From Squalus acanthias (taxonomy: Eukaryota), in assembly GCA_030390025.1 (NCBI GenBank), contig JASTWF010000365.1, positions 248,001-312,000 on the forward strand: a stretch of DNA of 64,000 nucleotides, written 5' to 3'. The notes beneath the pieces were generated by a model. That model searched no databases and was not told the DNA's origin. It saw only the letters and a list, made by a program, of their open reading frames with translations. The stretch's first letter is position 1, and each line of letters opens with the position of its first letter. This document shows positions 51,300 to 63,100 of this stretch, piece after piece. The position numbers and the translations under genes were made by a program.

Positions 51300-52890
51300 T
51301 CCCTTGGAGAGGGTGTGGAGGAGATTGACCAGAATGGTTCCAGGGATGAGGGACTTCAGTGATATGGAGAGACTGGAGAAGCTGGGGTTGTTCTCCTTGG
51401 AGCAGAGAAGGTTAAGAGGAGATTTAATAGAAGCGTTCAAAATTATGAAGGGTTTTGATAGAGTAAATAAGGAGAAACTGTTTCCACTGGCAGGAGGGTT
51501 GGTAACCAGAGGGCACAGATTTAAGATAATATTCAAAAGAACCAGAGGAGGAGATGAGGAGAATTTATTTTACGCAGCGAGTTGTTGTAAGAGATTAGCG
51601 TGTAAAGTTAAGGCACATGGGATTGGGGGCAAGGTATTGACTTGGATAGAGAACTGGTTGGCGGACAGAAAGCAGAGAGTAGGAATTAATGGGTCTTTTT
51701 CCGAGTGGCAGGCAGTGACTAGTGGGGTACCGCAGGGATCGGTCCTTGGACCCCAGCTATTCACAATATACATTAATGATCTAGATAAGGGAACTAAATG
51801 TAATATCTCCAAGTTAGCAGATGACACAAAGCTGGGTGGGCGTGTGTGCTGCGAGGAGAATACCGAGAAACTCCAGGATGATTTGGACAGGTTGGGTGAG
51901 TGTCAAAAACAGAAAGGCAGACTATTATCTGAATGGCAATAGATTGGGAGAAGGGGAAGTGCAACGAGACCTGGGTGTCCTTGTGCACCAGTCGCTGAAG
52001 GTAAGCATGCAGGTGCAGCAGGCGGTGAAGAAGGCAAATGGTATGTTGGCCTTCATAGCGAAAGGGTTTGAGTATAGGAACAGGGATGTCCTGCTGCAGT
52101 TGTACAGGGCCTTGGTGAGACCACACCTTGAGTACTGTGTGCAGTTTTGGTCGCCTTTTCTGAGGAAGGATGTTCTTGCCATGGAAGGAGTTCAGCGAAG
52201 ATTCACAAGGCTGATACCTGGGATGGCAGGAATGACGTATGAGGAGAGATTGGGTCGATTGGGCTTATACTCGCTGGAGTATAGAAGAATGAGAGGGGAT
52301 CTCATCGAAACATATAAAATTCTGACAGGTCTGGACAAACTAGATGCAGGAAGAATGTTCCCGATGGTCGGAGAGTCCAGAACCAGGGGTCATAATCTAA
52401 GGATAAGGGGTAAGCCATTTAGGACAGAAATGAGGAAGAATTTCTTCACCCAGAGAGTGGAGAACCTGTGGAATTCTCTACCACAGAAGGTAGTTGAGGC
52501 CAAGTCATTAAATATATTCAAGAATGTGTTAGATATATTTCTTAAAGCTAAAGGTATCAAGGGATATGGGGAGAAGGCAGGGACAGGGTACTGAGTTTAG
52601 ATGATCAGCCATGATCTCATCGAATGGCGGAGCAGGCTCGAGGGGCCGAATGGCCTACTCCTGCTCCTATCTTCTATGTTTCTATGTTTCTATCTGGAAC
52701 GCGCTGCCTGAAAGGGCGATGGAAGCAGATTCAATAGTAACTTTCAAAAAGGGGAATTGGATAAATACTTGAAAAGGAAAAATTGGCATGGGTTTTGGGA
52801 AAAGAGCAGGGGGCAGTGGGGCTAATTGGAGAGCTCTTTCAAAGAGCCGGCACAGGCACGATGGGCTGAATGGCCTCCTTCTGTGCTGTG
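51300..52890 (+). mobile_element. CR1 fragment (51300-51585, resuming ~52693-52890) interrupted by a younger CR1 RT fragment (51586-52692)
   Basis: [14 protein letters not shown] and RPHLEYC motifs; (CTATGTTT)n tail at ~52690; the host element resumes with WNALP. Confidence 0.88.
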
Positions 52891-53239
52891 TCATTGCAGG
52901 ATTCTATAATTCGCGGTGGGCTATAATCGTAGTGCTCACACATCAACACACCCTCTTGCTCACTATTTCAACCAACCGATTATCATTGAACCTGCACTCT
53001 GAATAAAAGTCTCTGCCTCCCACGCTTGCATTTGTGTTCACAGTGCAAGGCAATGTCCAAGAGCTGACAGACACCTTCCAGACTAACAGTTGCCCTTTTA
53101 TTGCACCTTATATAATGAGGGAAGGAAGTTTTGCTACAGCTATGCAAAGCCCTGGTTAGACACCGGGAGTACTGTGTACAGTTCTGCACACCACACCTTA
53201 GGAAGGATATATTGGCCTTGGAGGGAGTGCAGCGCAGAT

Positions 53240-53850
53240 CAGCGCAGGCTGACACTCCCAGTGCCCGTACTGAGGGAGCGCCGCACTGTCGGAGGGGCAG
53301 TACTGAGGGAGCGCCGCACTGTCGGAGGGGCAGTACTGAGGGAGCGCTGCACTGTCAGAGGGGCAGTACTGAGGGAGCGCTGCACTGTCGGAGGGGCAGT
53401 ACTGAGGGAGTGCTGCACTGTCGGAGGGGCAGTACTGAGGGAGCGCCGCACTGTCGGAGGGGCAGTACTGAGGGAGCGCCGCACTGTCGGAGGGGCAGTA
53501 CTGAGGGAGTGCTGCACTGTCGGAGGTGCAGTACTGAGGGAGAGCCGCACTGTCGGAGGGGCAGTACTGAGGGAGCGCCGCACTGTCGGAGGTGCCATCT
53601 TTAGGATGAGACATTAAGCCGAGGCCCCCATCTGCTCTCTCAGGTGGACGTAAAAGATCCCATGGCACTACTTCGAAGAGCAGGGGATTTATCCCTGGTG
53701 TCCTGGGGCCAATATTTATCCCTCAATCAACATCACTAAAGCAGACTATCTGGTCATTATCACATGCCTGTTTGTGGGAGCTTGCTGTGTGCAAGTTGGC
53801 TGCTGCGTTTCCCTACATTACAACAGTGACTACACTTCATTGGCTGTGAA
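53240..53850 (+). mobile_element. DeuSINE with ~10-unit 33-bp array
   Basis: GGCTGACACTCCCAGTG, then the array, the Deu core and the 3' region. Confidence 0.88.
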
Positions 53851-55152
53851 GTACTTTTTGAAGAGTGGCCACTGTTGTAATGTAGGAAACGCGGCCGCCA
53901 ATTTGCGCACAGCAAGCTCCCACAAACAGCAACGTGGTAATGACCAGATTATTTATTTATTTATTTTAAAATTTGTTTATGAGATGTGGACGTCGCTGGC
54001 AAGGCCCAGCATTTATTGCCCATCCCTAATTGCCCTTGAGAAGGTGGTGGTGAGCCGCCTTCTTGAACGGCTGCAGTCCGTGTGGTGAAGGTGCTCCCAC
54101 AGTGCTGTTAGGGAGGGAGTTCCAGGATTTTGACCCAGCGACGATGAAGGAACGGCCGATATATTTCCAAGTCAGGATGGTGTGTGTGACTTGGAGGGGA
54201 ACTTGCAGGTGGTGGTGTTCCCATGCGCCTGCTGCCCTTGTCCTTCTAGGTGGAAGAGGTCGCGGGTTTGGGAGGTGCTGCCGAAGAAACCTTGGCGAGT
54301 TGCTGCAGTGCATCTTGTCGATGGTACACACTGCAGCCACGGTGCGCCGGTGGTGGAGGGAGTGAATGTTTAAGGTGGCGAATGGGGTGCCCATCAAGCG
54401 GGCTGCTTTGTCCTGGATGGTGTCGAGCTTCTTGAGTGTTGTTGGAGCTGCACTCATCCAGGCAAGTGGAGAGTATTCCATCACACTCCTTACTTGTGCT
54501 TTGTAGATGGTGGAAAGGCTTTGGGGAGTCAGGAGGTGAGACACTCATCGCAGAATACCCAGCCTCTGACCTGCTCTTGTTGCCACAGTATTTATGTGGT
54601 ATGTCCAGCTAAGTTTCTGGTCAATGGTGACCCCCAGGATGTTGATGGTGGGGGATTCGGTGATGGTAATGCCGTTGAATGTCAAGGGGAGGTGGTTAGA
54701 CTCTCGTTTGTTGGAGATTGTCATTGCCTGGCACTTCTGTGACGCGAATGTTACCTGCCACTTATCAGCCCAAGCCTGAACATCGTCCGGGTCTTGTTGC
54801 ATGCGGGCATGGACTGCTTCATTATCTGAGGAGTTGTGAATGGCACTGAACACTGTGCAGTCATCAGCGAACATCTGTGTTTTTTAGTGATGTTGGTTGA
54901 GGGATAAATATTGGCCCCAGGACACCAGGGGAGGACTCCCCTGCTCTTCTTCCAATAGTGGCCATGGGATCTTTTACATTTACCTGAGAAGGCAGACGGG
55001 GCCTCGGTTTAACGTCTCATCCGAAAGACGGCACCTCCGACAGTGCAGCGCTCCCTCAGCATTGCACTGGAGTGTCAGCCTGGGTTATGTTCTGATGACC
55101 CACGACCTTCTGACTCAGAGGCGAGAGTGCTACCCACTGATCCACGACTGAC
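53850..55152 (-). mobile_element. Minus-strand DeuSINE interrupted by a CR1 family B fragment (53975-54875, minus)
   Basis: SINE 3' part at 53850-53950 and 5' part at 54876-55152; FADDCTVF..VRSVMEYS LINE between them. Confidence 0.85.
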
Positions 55153-55311
55153 GCCTGTGAACTGTAAGGAAGAGTACTAGAGGCAACAATTCAGTATCGA
55201 CCATTTTGGGGTGCGAACATCGCCTGGGTGCTATCTTAATTAGCGCCGGCGACCGCGAAATTGCGCTTTAGCGCCCCAAGGGGGAAGTGGAGGGCTAAAT
55301 CAAGTGCTCCA

Positions 55312-55494
55312 TGTCGTAAGAATGAGCCTTACGCGTGGTAAACTTAATGTAAGCTTTAATCAACTTAAAACGGTGCTGCATACAAAAGAGGTCTTACCCT
55401 ATGCCTCTTCCAGAGCTAACTGATCAGTCCAGTATTTATCCTGGACTGATTACAGGAAGTGATGTCATACAGGAAGCTGAAAAGTGTTACCACA
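55312..55494 (-). repeat. 3' LTR (183 bp)
   Basis: Identical by eye to 59548-59730. Confidence 0.97.
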
Positions 55495-55506
55495 TTCTCC
55501 CCCCCC
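55495..55506 (-). promoter_or_regulatory. Polypurine tract
   Basis: Minus strand GGGGGGGGAGAA immediately before the 3' LTR. Confidence 0.9.
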
Positions 55507-55512
55507 AAAAGA

Positions 55513-57380
55513 TTAGGAGGCCGGAATGCTCCCTCCATTTCGTAGCCGTTGGATGAGGGAGAGCCGCACCCGTTTGGGTTCTCGTAGCGGTAGAGGGCCC
55601 CTAGCCCGTTTACCCGCTGCGGGCCATGGACCAGAGTCCGAGTGCTCCAGCCCGCTCTGTGAGGGGTCAGAACGATCCTGACCGTGTACTGGTACCCGAA
55701 TGGGTGTCGGGCAGGGCTGTGGCAGATCCGTTTCTGAGCGTACGGTACAGGGTTGATCGTGGCTGCGCGTGCGAGCCCCGACGGGCTCATAGTCAGTCTG
55801 CCCCAGGTCGGCACGCTGGAGTGAGGTACCAGCCGGCGTTAGATCCCGATCATGATGAGAGGCACCTGGCAAGCCCAGAGATGTGCCTGGTACAATATCA
55901 TCCCCTGGTGTCCCTCTATGTTTCGGCGGGCAGGGAGCCAGATCCCGCAATGACACGGTAGATTCCCGACCGTCAGGATACCGAATATAGGCGTAGGTAG
56001 GGTTGACGTCAGTGAGCTCAACCTCATCTACCAGGGGGTCATTCTTAGACGCCCGGACATATCTTCGGAGTAGCACTGGTCCCGGTGTAGTCAGCCACGA
56101 CGGGAGAGATGTCCCATAGGATGAGCGACGCTGAAATCGGAAGAACCGTTCATGAGGCGTCGTATTTGTGGCGGTCGAAAGGAGGGACCGTGTGGAGTGT
56201 AATGCGTCTGGAAGTACTGCTTCCCATTGCTGGTTGGGTAGGCCCCGAGATCTCAAAGCCAGACGTACCGCATTCCAGATGATAGCGTTAAAACGCTCGA
56301 CTTGCCCATTCCCAACCGGATGATAAGGCGTCGTTTTGCTGGCAGCAATACCCCGTTCCGAGAGATAGGCCTTGAGTTCTCCCGACATAAAAGAAGGGCC
56401 CCGATCTGAATGAACATAGGATGCCATGCCACAGAAAGCAAATACCTGTTCAAGGCAGCTGATAACCGTGGTTGTCAGCATATTGGGGCAGGGAAAGGCA
56501 AACGGAAAACGAGAATACTCATCAACCATTGTTAATAGATAAGTGTTGCGAGTCGAAGAGGGCAACGGCCCCTTAAAATCGATGCTAAGCCTTTGCATTG
56601 GCTGGGTCGCATGTATGAGTATACCACCCGAGGGGCGGAAAAACCGAGGTTTCAATTCCGCACAGACTCTGCAGTCCGAGCACATCTTCTTTACATCCCC
56701 GGTAGAGAATGGGAGATTTCGGGACCGCACGAAGTGCAGCATGCGAGTAACGCCTGGATGACACAACCCATCATGGATGTCTACGAGCGTAGAGGGTGCC
56801 ATGGCGGAGCAGAATGCTCGTGTGAGGGTATCCGGAGCCACATTCTCCTTGCCAGGTCGATAGTGGATGGTGTAACCAAAAGAGGCCAATTCCAGCCGCC
56901 AAAGCTGGATTTTATTATTTTTAATTTTGGTCCGTTTTCGATTATCGAGCATGAAGGCGACCGATCGCTGGTCCGTGATTAAGGTAAAGTGCTGGCGAGC
57001 CAGGAGATGACTCCACTTCCGTACTGCCTCTATGATGGCTGTAGCTTCTTTCTCGACTGGAGGATAATGTAGCTCAGCCCCTTGAAAAGTCCTGGACAAA
57101 AATGCCACCGGACGACCTTCCTGATTCAGAGTGGCTGAGATTGCCACCTCCGAGGCATCACACTCAACCACGAAAGGAAGACTCTCATCAATGGAGTGAA
57201 GAGCCGCTTTCTCCAACTGCTTTTTCAGGAGGTTAAAGGCTGCAACAGCCGTTGTGTCTAGTGGGAATGTGCTGGCCTTCAGTAGAGGTTGGATTCGGTC
57301 CGAGAAGTTAGGAATCCATTTCGCATAGTATGCAAACAGGCCGAGGGCCCGGCGCAAGGAGGCCGGATTCTTAGGTGGCG
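55513..57380 (-). CDS. pol: Pol C-terminal part: RT connection, RNase H, integrase (continues gag-pol after a 1-nt frameshift)
   Basis: RNase H CDASE..EKEA..TDQ; integrase HHCC (H-x4-H..C-x2-C) and D(IDFKG)-D(SDRG)-E(GQVERFN); no chromodomain or env. Confidence 0.93.
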
Positions 57381-59468
57381 GAGTTCTTGGAGTGGGCGAA
57401 GCCTTTCAGGGTCAGGTTTAATGATGCCATTGCCCACACAATAGCCAAGGATGTTGATAGTTGGTTGTGACTCAATGGATTTAGCCGCATTCAATGTCAA
57501 ATTACGGTGCTGGAGTGCATCCCAAAATCGTTGGAGATTGGCGTCATGTTCCTGCTGATTGCGACCTGCGACAGTAATATTGTCCAGATAAGGAAACGTA
57601 TCCTTCAAGTCTTCCTGTTTGACCAGGTCATCCATTGCTCGCTGGAAGACAGCCACTCCATTAGTGACCCCAAAGGGGAGGCGACGAAATTGATACAGCC
57701 GCCCATTGGCTTCAAAGGCTGTATACTGCTTGTCTGAGACCTTCAAGGGTACCTGATGATAGGCGCTTTTCAGATCATAAGTCGAGAACACCGTGTACTC
57801 AGCCAATTTATTAACCATATCATCGATGCGCGGCAATGGGTATGCGTCCAAGTCCGTATACTGATTGATGGTCTGTGAATAGTCAATGCACAGCCGTTTC
57901 TTGTGAGGTTGTAGAGGGTTCTTAACAATAACGACCTGGGCGCGCCATGGCGACGAACAAGGCTCGATGATATCCTCTGCTAAAAGCCGAGAAATCTCAG
58001 CCGCAATAAAAGACTGGTCTTCCTGACTGAAACGGCGTGACTTTGTTATAATCGGTTTGCATCGAGGAGGGATACTGGCAAACAGTGAGGGTTCATCCAG
58101 TGAAGCTGCTGACAAGGCACAGAACGGTAATCGAGGTCGTATATTAGAAATAGTGAGTTCAGGTTTGGATCCGCCGAACTCAATGGTAAGCTTCTTATGC
58201 TGCTTTTGAAAATCCAGCCCTAAGATAAGATCACTACATAAGTCCTTGAGCACCGAAAGCCGGGTGGAGGGATACCTGTGACCTTTAAGCATTATTTCAA
58301 CTACACAGAAGCCAGAAATTCTGGTATTAAGTGATGACTGAGCCATCGCAACTGCCTGGTCCGATGGAAAAACATGTAGCTTTAACTGTGCAACAGTCTG
58401 TTCCCTAATGAAACTATCAGTGCTACCTGAGTCAATTAAGGCATCTAAAGTATGTCCCTTAATTGATGCTTTTGTAGCTGCATGGAATAGATTCTGAGGA
58501 CAAGCAGCTGTAATTGGTGTCGTTGCACAAAGAGTGGCTGAAATTCTAGGTGTGTTTCTTCGAGAAAAAACCCGAGAGGAAGCACGATAGTTTTTAGTTG
58601 GAACATCCTGATAGGCCCTTACTGGGGCAGTTCGGTAGGACTTAGCTTGATAAGCCCTCGTAGAGGCTCTTGATAGGCAAACCTTTACAAAATGACCCTT
58701 TTTGTTGCAATGACTGCAAAACGCATTGCGAGCAGGGCAGAATCTCCGAGGGTGAAACTCATCCCCACAAAAAAAGCATTTCTTAGATTGCCAAGAGGCT
58801 GCCACAGTGGGGTCATCATCCTCTTCATCGGTGAAGTCATCAGATCGATCGTCAGGGATAAAGTCCTCCCTAATAGAGTTCACCTGTGGCCTCTTAAATT
58901 GCCTGACTGTAGTTAAGGCAGCAGACCGAGGTCTGGGCACTGTAAAAAGGTCTGCATTTCGTTTTGCTAGATCTAGAGAGCAAGCCAGGTCATAAGCTCT
59001 CTGCAGCTCAAGTGTCTTACTTTCCAGTAGACGCTGGCGTATAAATGGGGAGGCAAGCCCGCAGATGAACGCATCACGGATCATTTCTTCGCGGTATAGC
59101 TCAGCTGAGGCTGCCCGAAAGTTACAGTCCATACTAAGTCTGCGAAGCTCTTGGAGGAATTTATCAATGGATTCCTCCGGCCCTTGTTGGGCTGTAGCTA
59201 GTAGATGTCTAGCATAGACCTCATTCGGTGTCTTAGTATATAGTCTCTTAAGCGTCTGAATTGCCTCCTCATAACTGTCCCAGTCTTCCACATACTGAAA
59301 TACATTCGGGGTGACACAGTTGATGAGTATCCGCAACTTTGAGTTATCATCCGCTTTGCAATACTCAAGAAAATTCTCAAACGTGCGATACCAGTGTTTC
59401 CACACCTTACCGGCTGCTGGGGTGTTTGGGTCCAAGTCAAGACGCGATGGTTTAAGGATGTTTTCCAT
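57381..59468 (-). CDS. gag-pol: Gag-protease-RT part of a single gag-pol polyprotein
   Basis: Two zinc knuckles (CFFCGDEFHPRRFC, CSHCNKKGHFVKVC); protease LIDSGS; RT motifs RLCIDY, DLKSAYHQ, LPFGV, YLDN. Confidence 0.95.
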
Positions 59469-59534
59469 GATGGGTGATTCCCTGGATCCTTAGCTCCGAG
59501 TTCGTCCAAAAAGTTTGAGTGCGAAGTTTTTCAA

Positions 59535-59546
59535 AAGTTGATTAAA
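59535..59546 (-). promoter_or_regulatory. Atypical primer-binding site complementary to the element's own LTR
   Basis: Minus strand TTTAATCAACTT lies 1 nt after the 5' LTR and is the exact complement of AAGTTGATTAAA in the LTR (59591-59602). No TGG start. Confidence 0.7.
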
Positions 59547-59547
59547 T

Positions 59548-59730
59548 TGTCGTAAGAATGAGCCTTACGCGTGGTAAACTTAATGTAAGCTTTAATCAAC
59601 TTAAAACGGTGCTGCATACAAAAGAGGTCTTACCCTATGCCTCTTCCAGAGCTAACTGATCAGTCCAGTATTTATCCTGGACTGATTACAGGAAGTGATG
59701 TCATACAGGAAGCTGAAAAGTGTTACCACA
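59548..59730 (-). repeat. 5' LTR (183 bp)
   Basis: Minus strand TGTGGTAAC...TTACGACA; TATA-like GATAAATA and an ATTAAA poly(A)-type signal. Confidence 0.97.
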
Positions 59731-59815
59731 CTCCACTCCCTTCTTAGGGCGCGAACGTCAGAGAGCGGGGCGGAGACCAGCGGCGCTGCCCACTGTGCCG
59801 GGCAGCGCTGCCGCA

Positions 59816-60168
59816 NNNNNNNNNNNNNNNNNNNNNNNNNNNNNNNNNNNNNNNNNNNNNNNNNNNNNNNNNNNNNNNNNNNNNNNNNNNNNNNNNNNNN
59901 NNNNNNNNNNNNNNNNNNNNNNNNNNNNNNNNNNNNNNNNNNNNNNNNNNNNNNNNNNNNNNNNNNNNNNNNNNNNNNNNNNNNNNNNNNNNNNNNNNNN
60001 NNNNNNNNNNNNNNNNNNNNNNNNNNNNNNNNNNNNNNNNNNNNNNNNNNNNNNNNNNNNNNNNNNNNNNNNNNNNNNNNNNNNNNNNNNNNNNNNNNNN
60101 NNNNNNNNNNNNNNNNNNNNNNNNNNNNNNNNNNNNNNNNNNNNNNNNNNNNNNNNNNNNNNNNNNNN
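59816..60168. other. Assembly gap (353 N)
   Basis: Run of N. Confidence 1.
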
Positions 60169-63100
60169 GGGGCAAGGTATTGACTTGGATAGAGAACTGG
60201 TTGGCGGACTGAAAGCAGAGAGTAGGAATTAATGGGTCTTTTTCCGAGTGGCAGGCAGTGACTAGTGGGGTACCGCAGGGATCGGTCCTTGGACCCCAGC
60301 TATTCACAATATACATTAATGATCTAGATAAGGGAACTAAATGTAATATCTCCAAGTTAGCAGATGACACAAAGCTGGGTGGGCGTGTGTGCTGCGAGGA
60401 GAATACCGAGAAACTCCAGGATGATTTGGACAGGTTGGGTGAGTGTCAAAAACAGAAAGGCAGACTATTATCTGAATGGCAATAGATTGGGAGAAGGGGA
60501 AGTGCAACGAGACCTGGGTGTCCTTGTGCACCAGTCGCTGAAGATAAGCATGCAGGTGCAGCAGGCGGTGAAGAAGGCAAATGGTATGTTGGCCTTCATA
60601 GCGAAAGGGTTTGAGTATAGGAACAGGGATGTCCTGCTGCAGTTGTACAGGGCCTTGGTGAGACCACACCTTGAGTACTGTGTGCAGTTTTGGTCGCCTT
60701 TTCTGAGGAAGGATGTTCTTGCCATGGAAGGAGTTCAGCGAAGATTCACAAGGCTGATACCTGGGATGGCAGGAATGACGTATGAGGAGAGATTGGGTCG
60801 ATTGGGCTTATACTCGCTGGAGTATAGAAGAATGAGAGGGGATCTCATCGAAACATATAAAATTCTGACAGGTCTGGACAAACTAGATGCAGGAAGAATG
60901 TTCCCGATGGTCGGAGAGTCCAGAACCAGGGGTCATAATCTAAGGATAAGGGGTAAGCCATTTAGGACAGAAATGAGGAAGAATTTCTTCACCCAGAGAG
61001 TGGAGAACCTGTGGAATTCTCTACCACAGAAGGTAGTTGAGGCCAAGTCATTAAATATATTCAAGAATGTGTTAGATATATTTCTTAAAGCTAAAGGTAT
61101 CAAGGGATATGGGGAGAAGGCAGGGACAGGGTACTGAGTTTAGATGATCAGCCATGATCTCATCGAATGGCGGAGCAGGCTCGAGGGGCCGAATGGCCTA
61201 CTCCTGCTCCTATCTTCTATGTTTCTATGTTTCTATCTGGAACGCGCTGCCTGAAAGGGCGATGGAAGCAGATTCAATAGTAACTTTCAAAAAGGGGAAT
61301 TGGATAAATACTTGAAAAGGAAAAATTGGCATGGGTTTTGGGAAAAGAGCAGGGGGCAGTGGGGCTAATTGGAGAGCTCTTTCAAAGAGCCGGCACAGGC
61401 ACGATGGGCTGAATGGCCTCCTTCTGTGCTGTGTCATTGCAGGATTCTATAATTCGCGGTGGGCTATAATCGTAGTGCTCACACATCAACACACCCTCTT
61501 GCTCACTATTTCAACCAACCGATTATCGTTGAACCTGCACTCTGAATAAAAGTCTCTGCCTCCCACGCTTGCATTTGTGTTCACAGTGCAAGGCAATGTC
61601 CAAGAGCTGACAGACACCTTCCAGACTAACAGTTGCCCTTTTATTGCACCTTATATAATGAGGGAAGGAAGTTTTGCTACAGCTATGCAAAGCCCTGGTT
61701 AGACACCAGGAGTACTGTGTACAGTTCTGCACACCACACCTTAGGAAGGATATATTGGCCTTGGAGAGAGTGCAGCGCAGATCAGCGCAGGCTGACACTC
61801 CCAGTGCCCGTACTGAGGGAGCGCCGCACTGTCGGAGGGGCAGTACTGAGGGAGCGCCGCACTGTCGGAGGGGCAGTACTGAGGGAGCGCTGCACTGTCA
61901 GAGGGGCAGTACTGAGGGAGCGCTGCACTGTCGGAGGGGCAGTACTGAGGGAGTGCTGCACTGTCGGAGGGGCAGTACTGAGGGAGCGCCGCACTGTCGG
62001 AGGGGCAGTACTGAGGGAGCGCCGCACTGTCGGAGGGGCAGTACTGAGGGAGTGCTGCACTGTCGGAGGTGCAGTACTGAGGGAGAGCCGCACTGTCGGA
62101 GGGGCAGTACTGAGGGAGCGCCGCACTGTCGGAGGTGCCATCTTTAGGATGAGACATTAAGCCGAGGCCCCCATCTGCTCTCTCAGGTGGACGTAAAAGA
62201 TCCCATGGCACTACTTCGAAGAGCAGGGGATTTATCCCTGGTGTCCTGGGGCCAATATTTATCCCTCAATCAACATCACTAAAGCAGACTATCTGGTCAT
62301 TATCACATGCCTGTTTGTGGGAGCTTGCTGTGTGCAAGTTGGCTGCTGCGTTTCCCTACATTACAACAGTGACTACACTTCATTGGCTGTGAAGTACTTT
62401 TTGAAGAGTGGCCACTGTTGTAATGTAGGAAACGCGGCCGCCAATTTGCGCACAGCAAGCTCCCACAAACAGCAACGTGGTAATGACCAGATTATTTATT
62501 TATTTATTTTAAAATTTGTTTATGAGATGTGGACGTCGCTGGCAAGGCCCAGCATTTATTGCCCATCCCTAATTGCCCTTGAGAAGGTGGTGGTGAGCCG
62601 CCTTCTTGAACGGCTGCAGTCCGTGTGGTGAAGGTGCTCCCACAGTGCTGTTAGGGAGGGAGTTCCAGGATTTTGACCCAGCGACGATGAAGGAACGGCC
62701 GATATATTTCCAAGTCAGGATGGTGTGTGTGACTTGGAGGGGAACTTGCAGGTGGTGGTGTTCCCATGCGCCTGCTGCCCTTGTCCTTCTAGGTGGAAGA
62801 GGTCGCGGGTTTGGGAGGTGCTGCCGAAGAAACCTTGGCGAGTTGCTGCAGTGCATCTTGTCGATGGTACACACTGCAGCCACGGTGCGCCGGTGGTGGA
62901 GGGAGTGAATGTTTAAGGTGGCGAATGGGGTGCCCATCAAGCGGGCTGCTTTGTCCTGGATGGTGTCGAGCTTCTTGAGTGTTGTTGGAGCTGCACTCAT
63001 CCAGGCAAGTGGAGAGTATTCCATCACACTCCTTACTTGTGCTTTGTAGATGGTGGAAAGGCTTTGGGGAGTCAGGAGGTGAGACACTCATCGCAGAATA

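Larger units (their letters stand above)
55312..59730 (-). mobile_element. Full-length Ty3/Gypsy LTR retrotransposon (Mag-like architecture), 4,419 bp
   Basis: Identical TG...CA LTRs; TSD CTCCA at 55307-55311 and 59731-59735; domain order gag-PR-RT-RH-IN; PPT next to the 3' LTR. Confidence 0.98.
51626..59815 (+). repeat. Copy 1 of a duplicated segment (carries the Gypsy insertion)
   Basis: Matches 60169-63934 with offset 8543 before the insertion and 4119 after it. Confidence 0.95.

Noticed and set aside
55513..55900. Possible env gene or chromodomain after the integrase
   Set aside because: The tail is a low-complexity Pro/Arg-rich extension with no transmembrane segment or chromodomain aromatic pattern.
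59695..60370. ORFs spanning the N run
   Set aside because: Artefacts of translating through the assembly gap.
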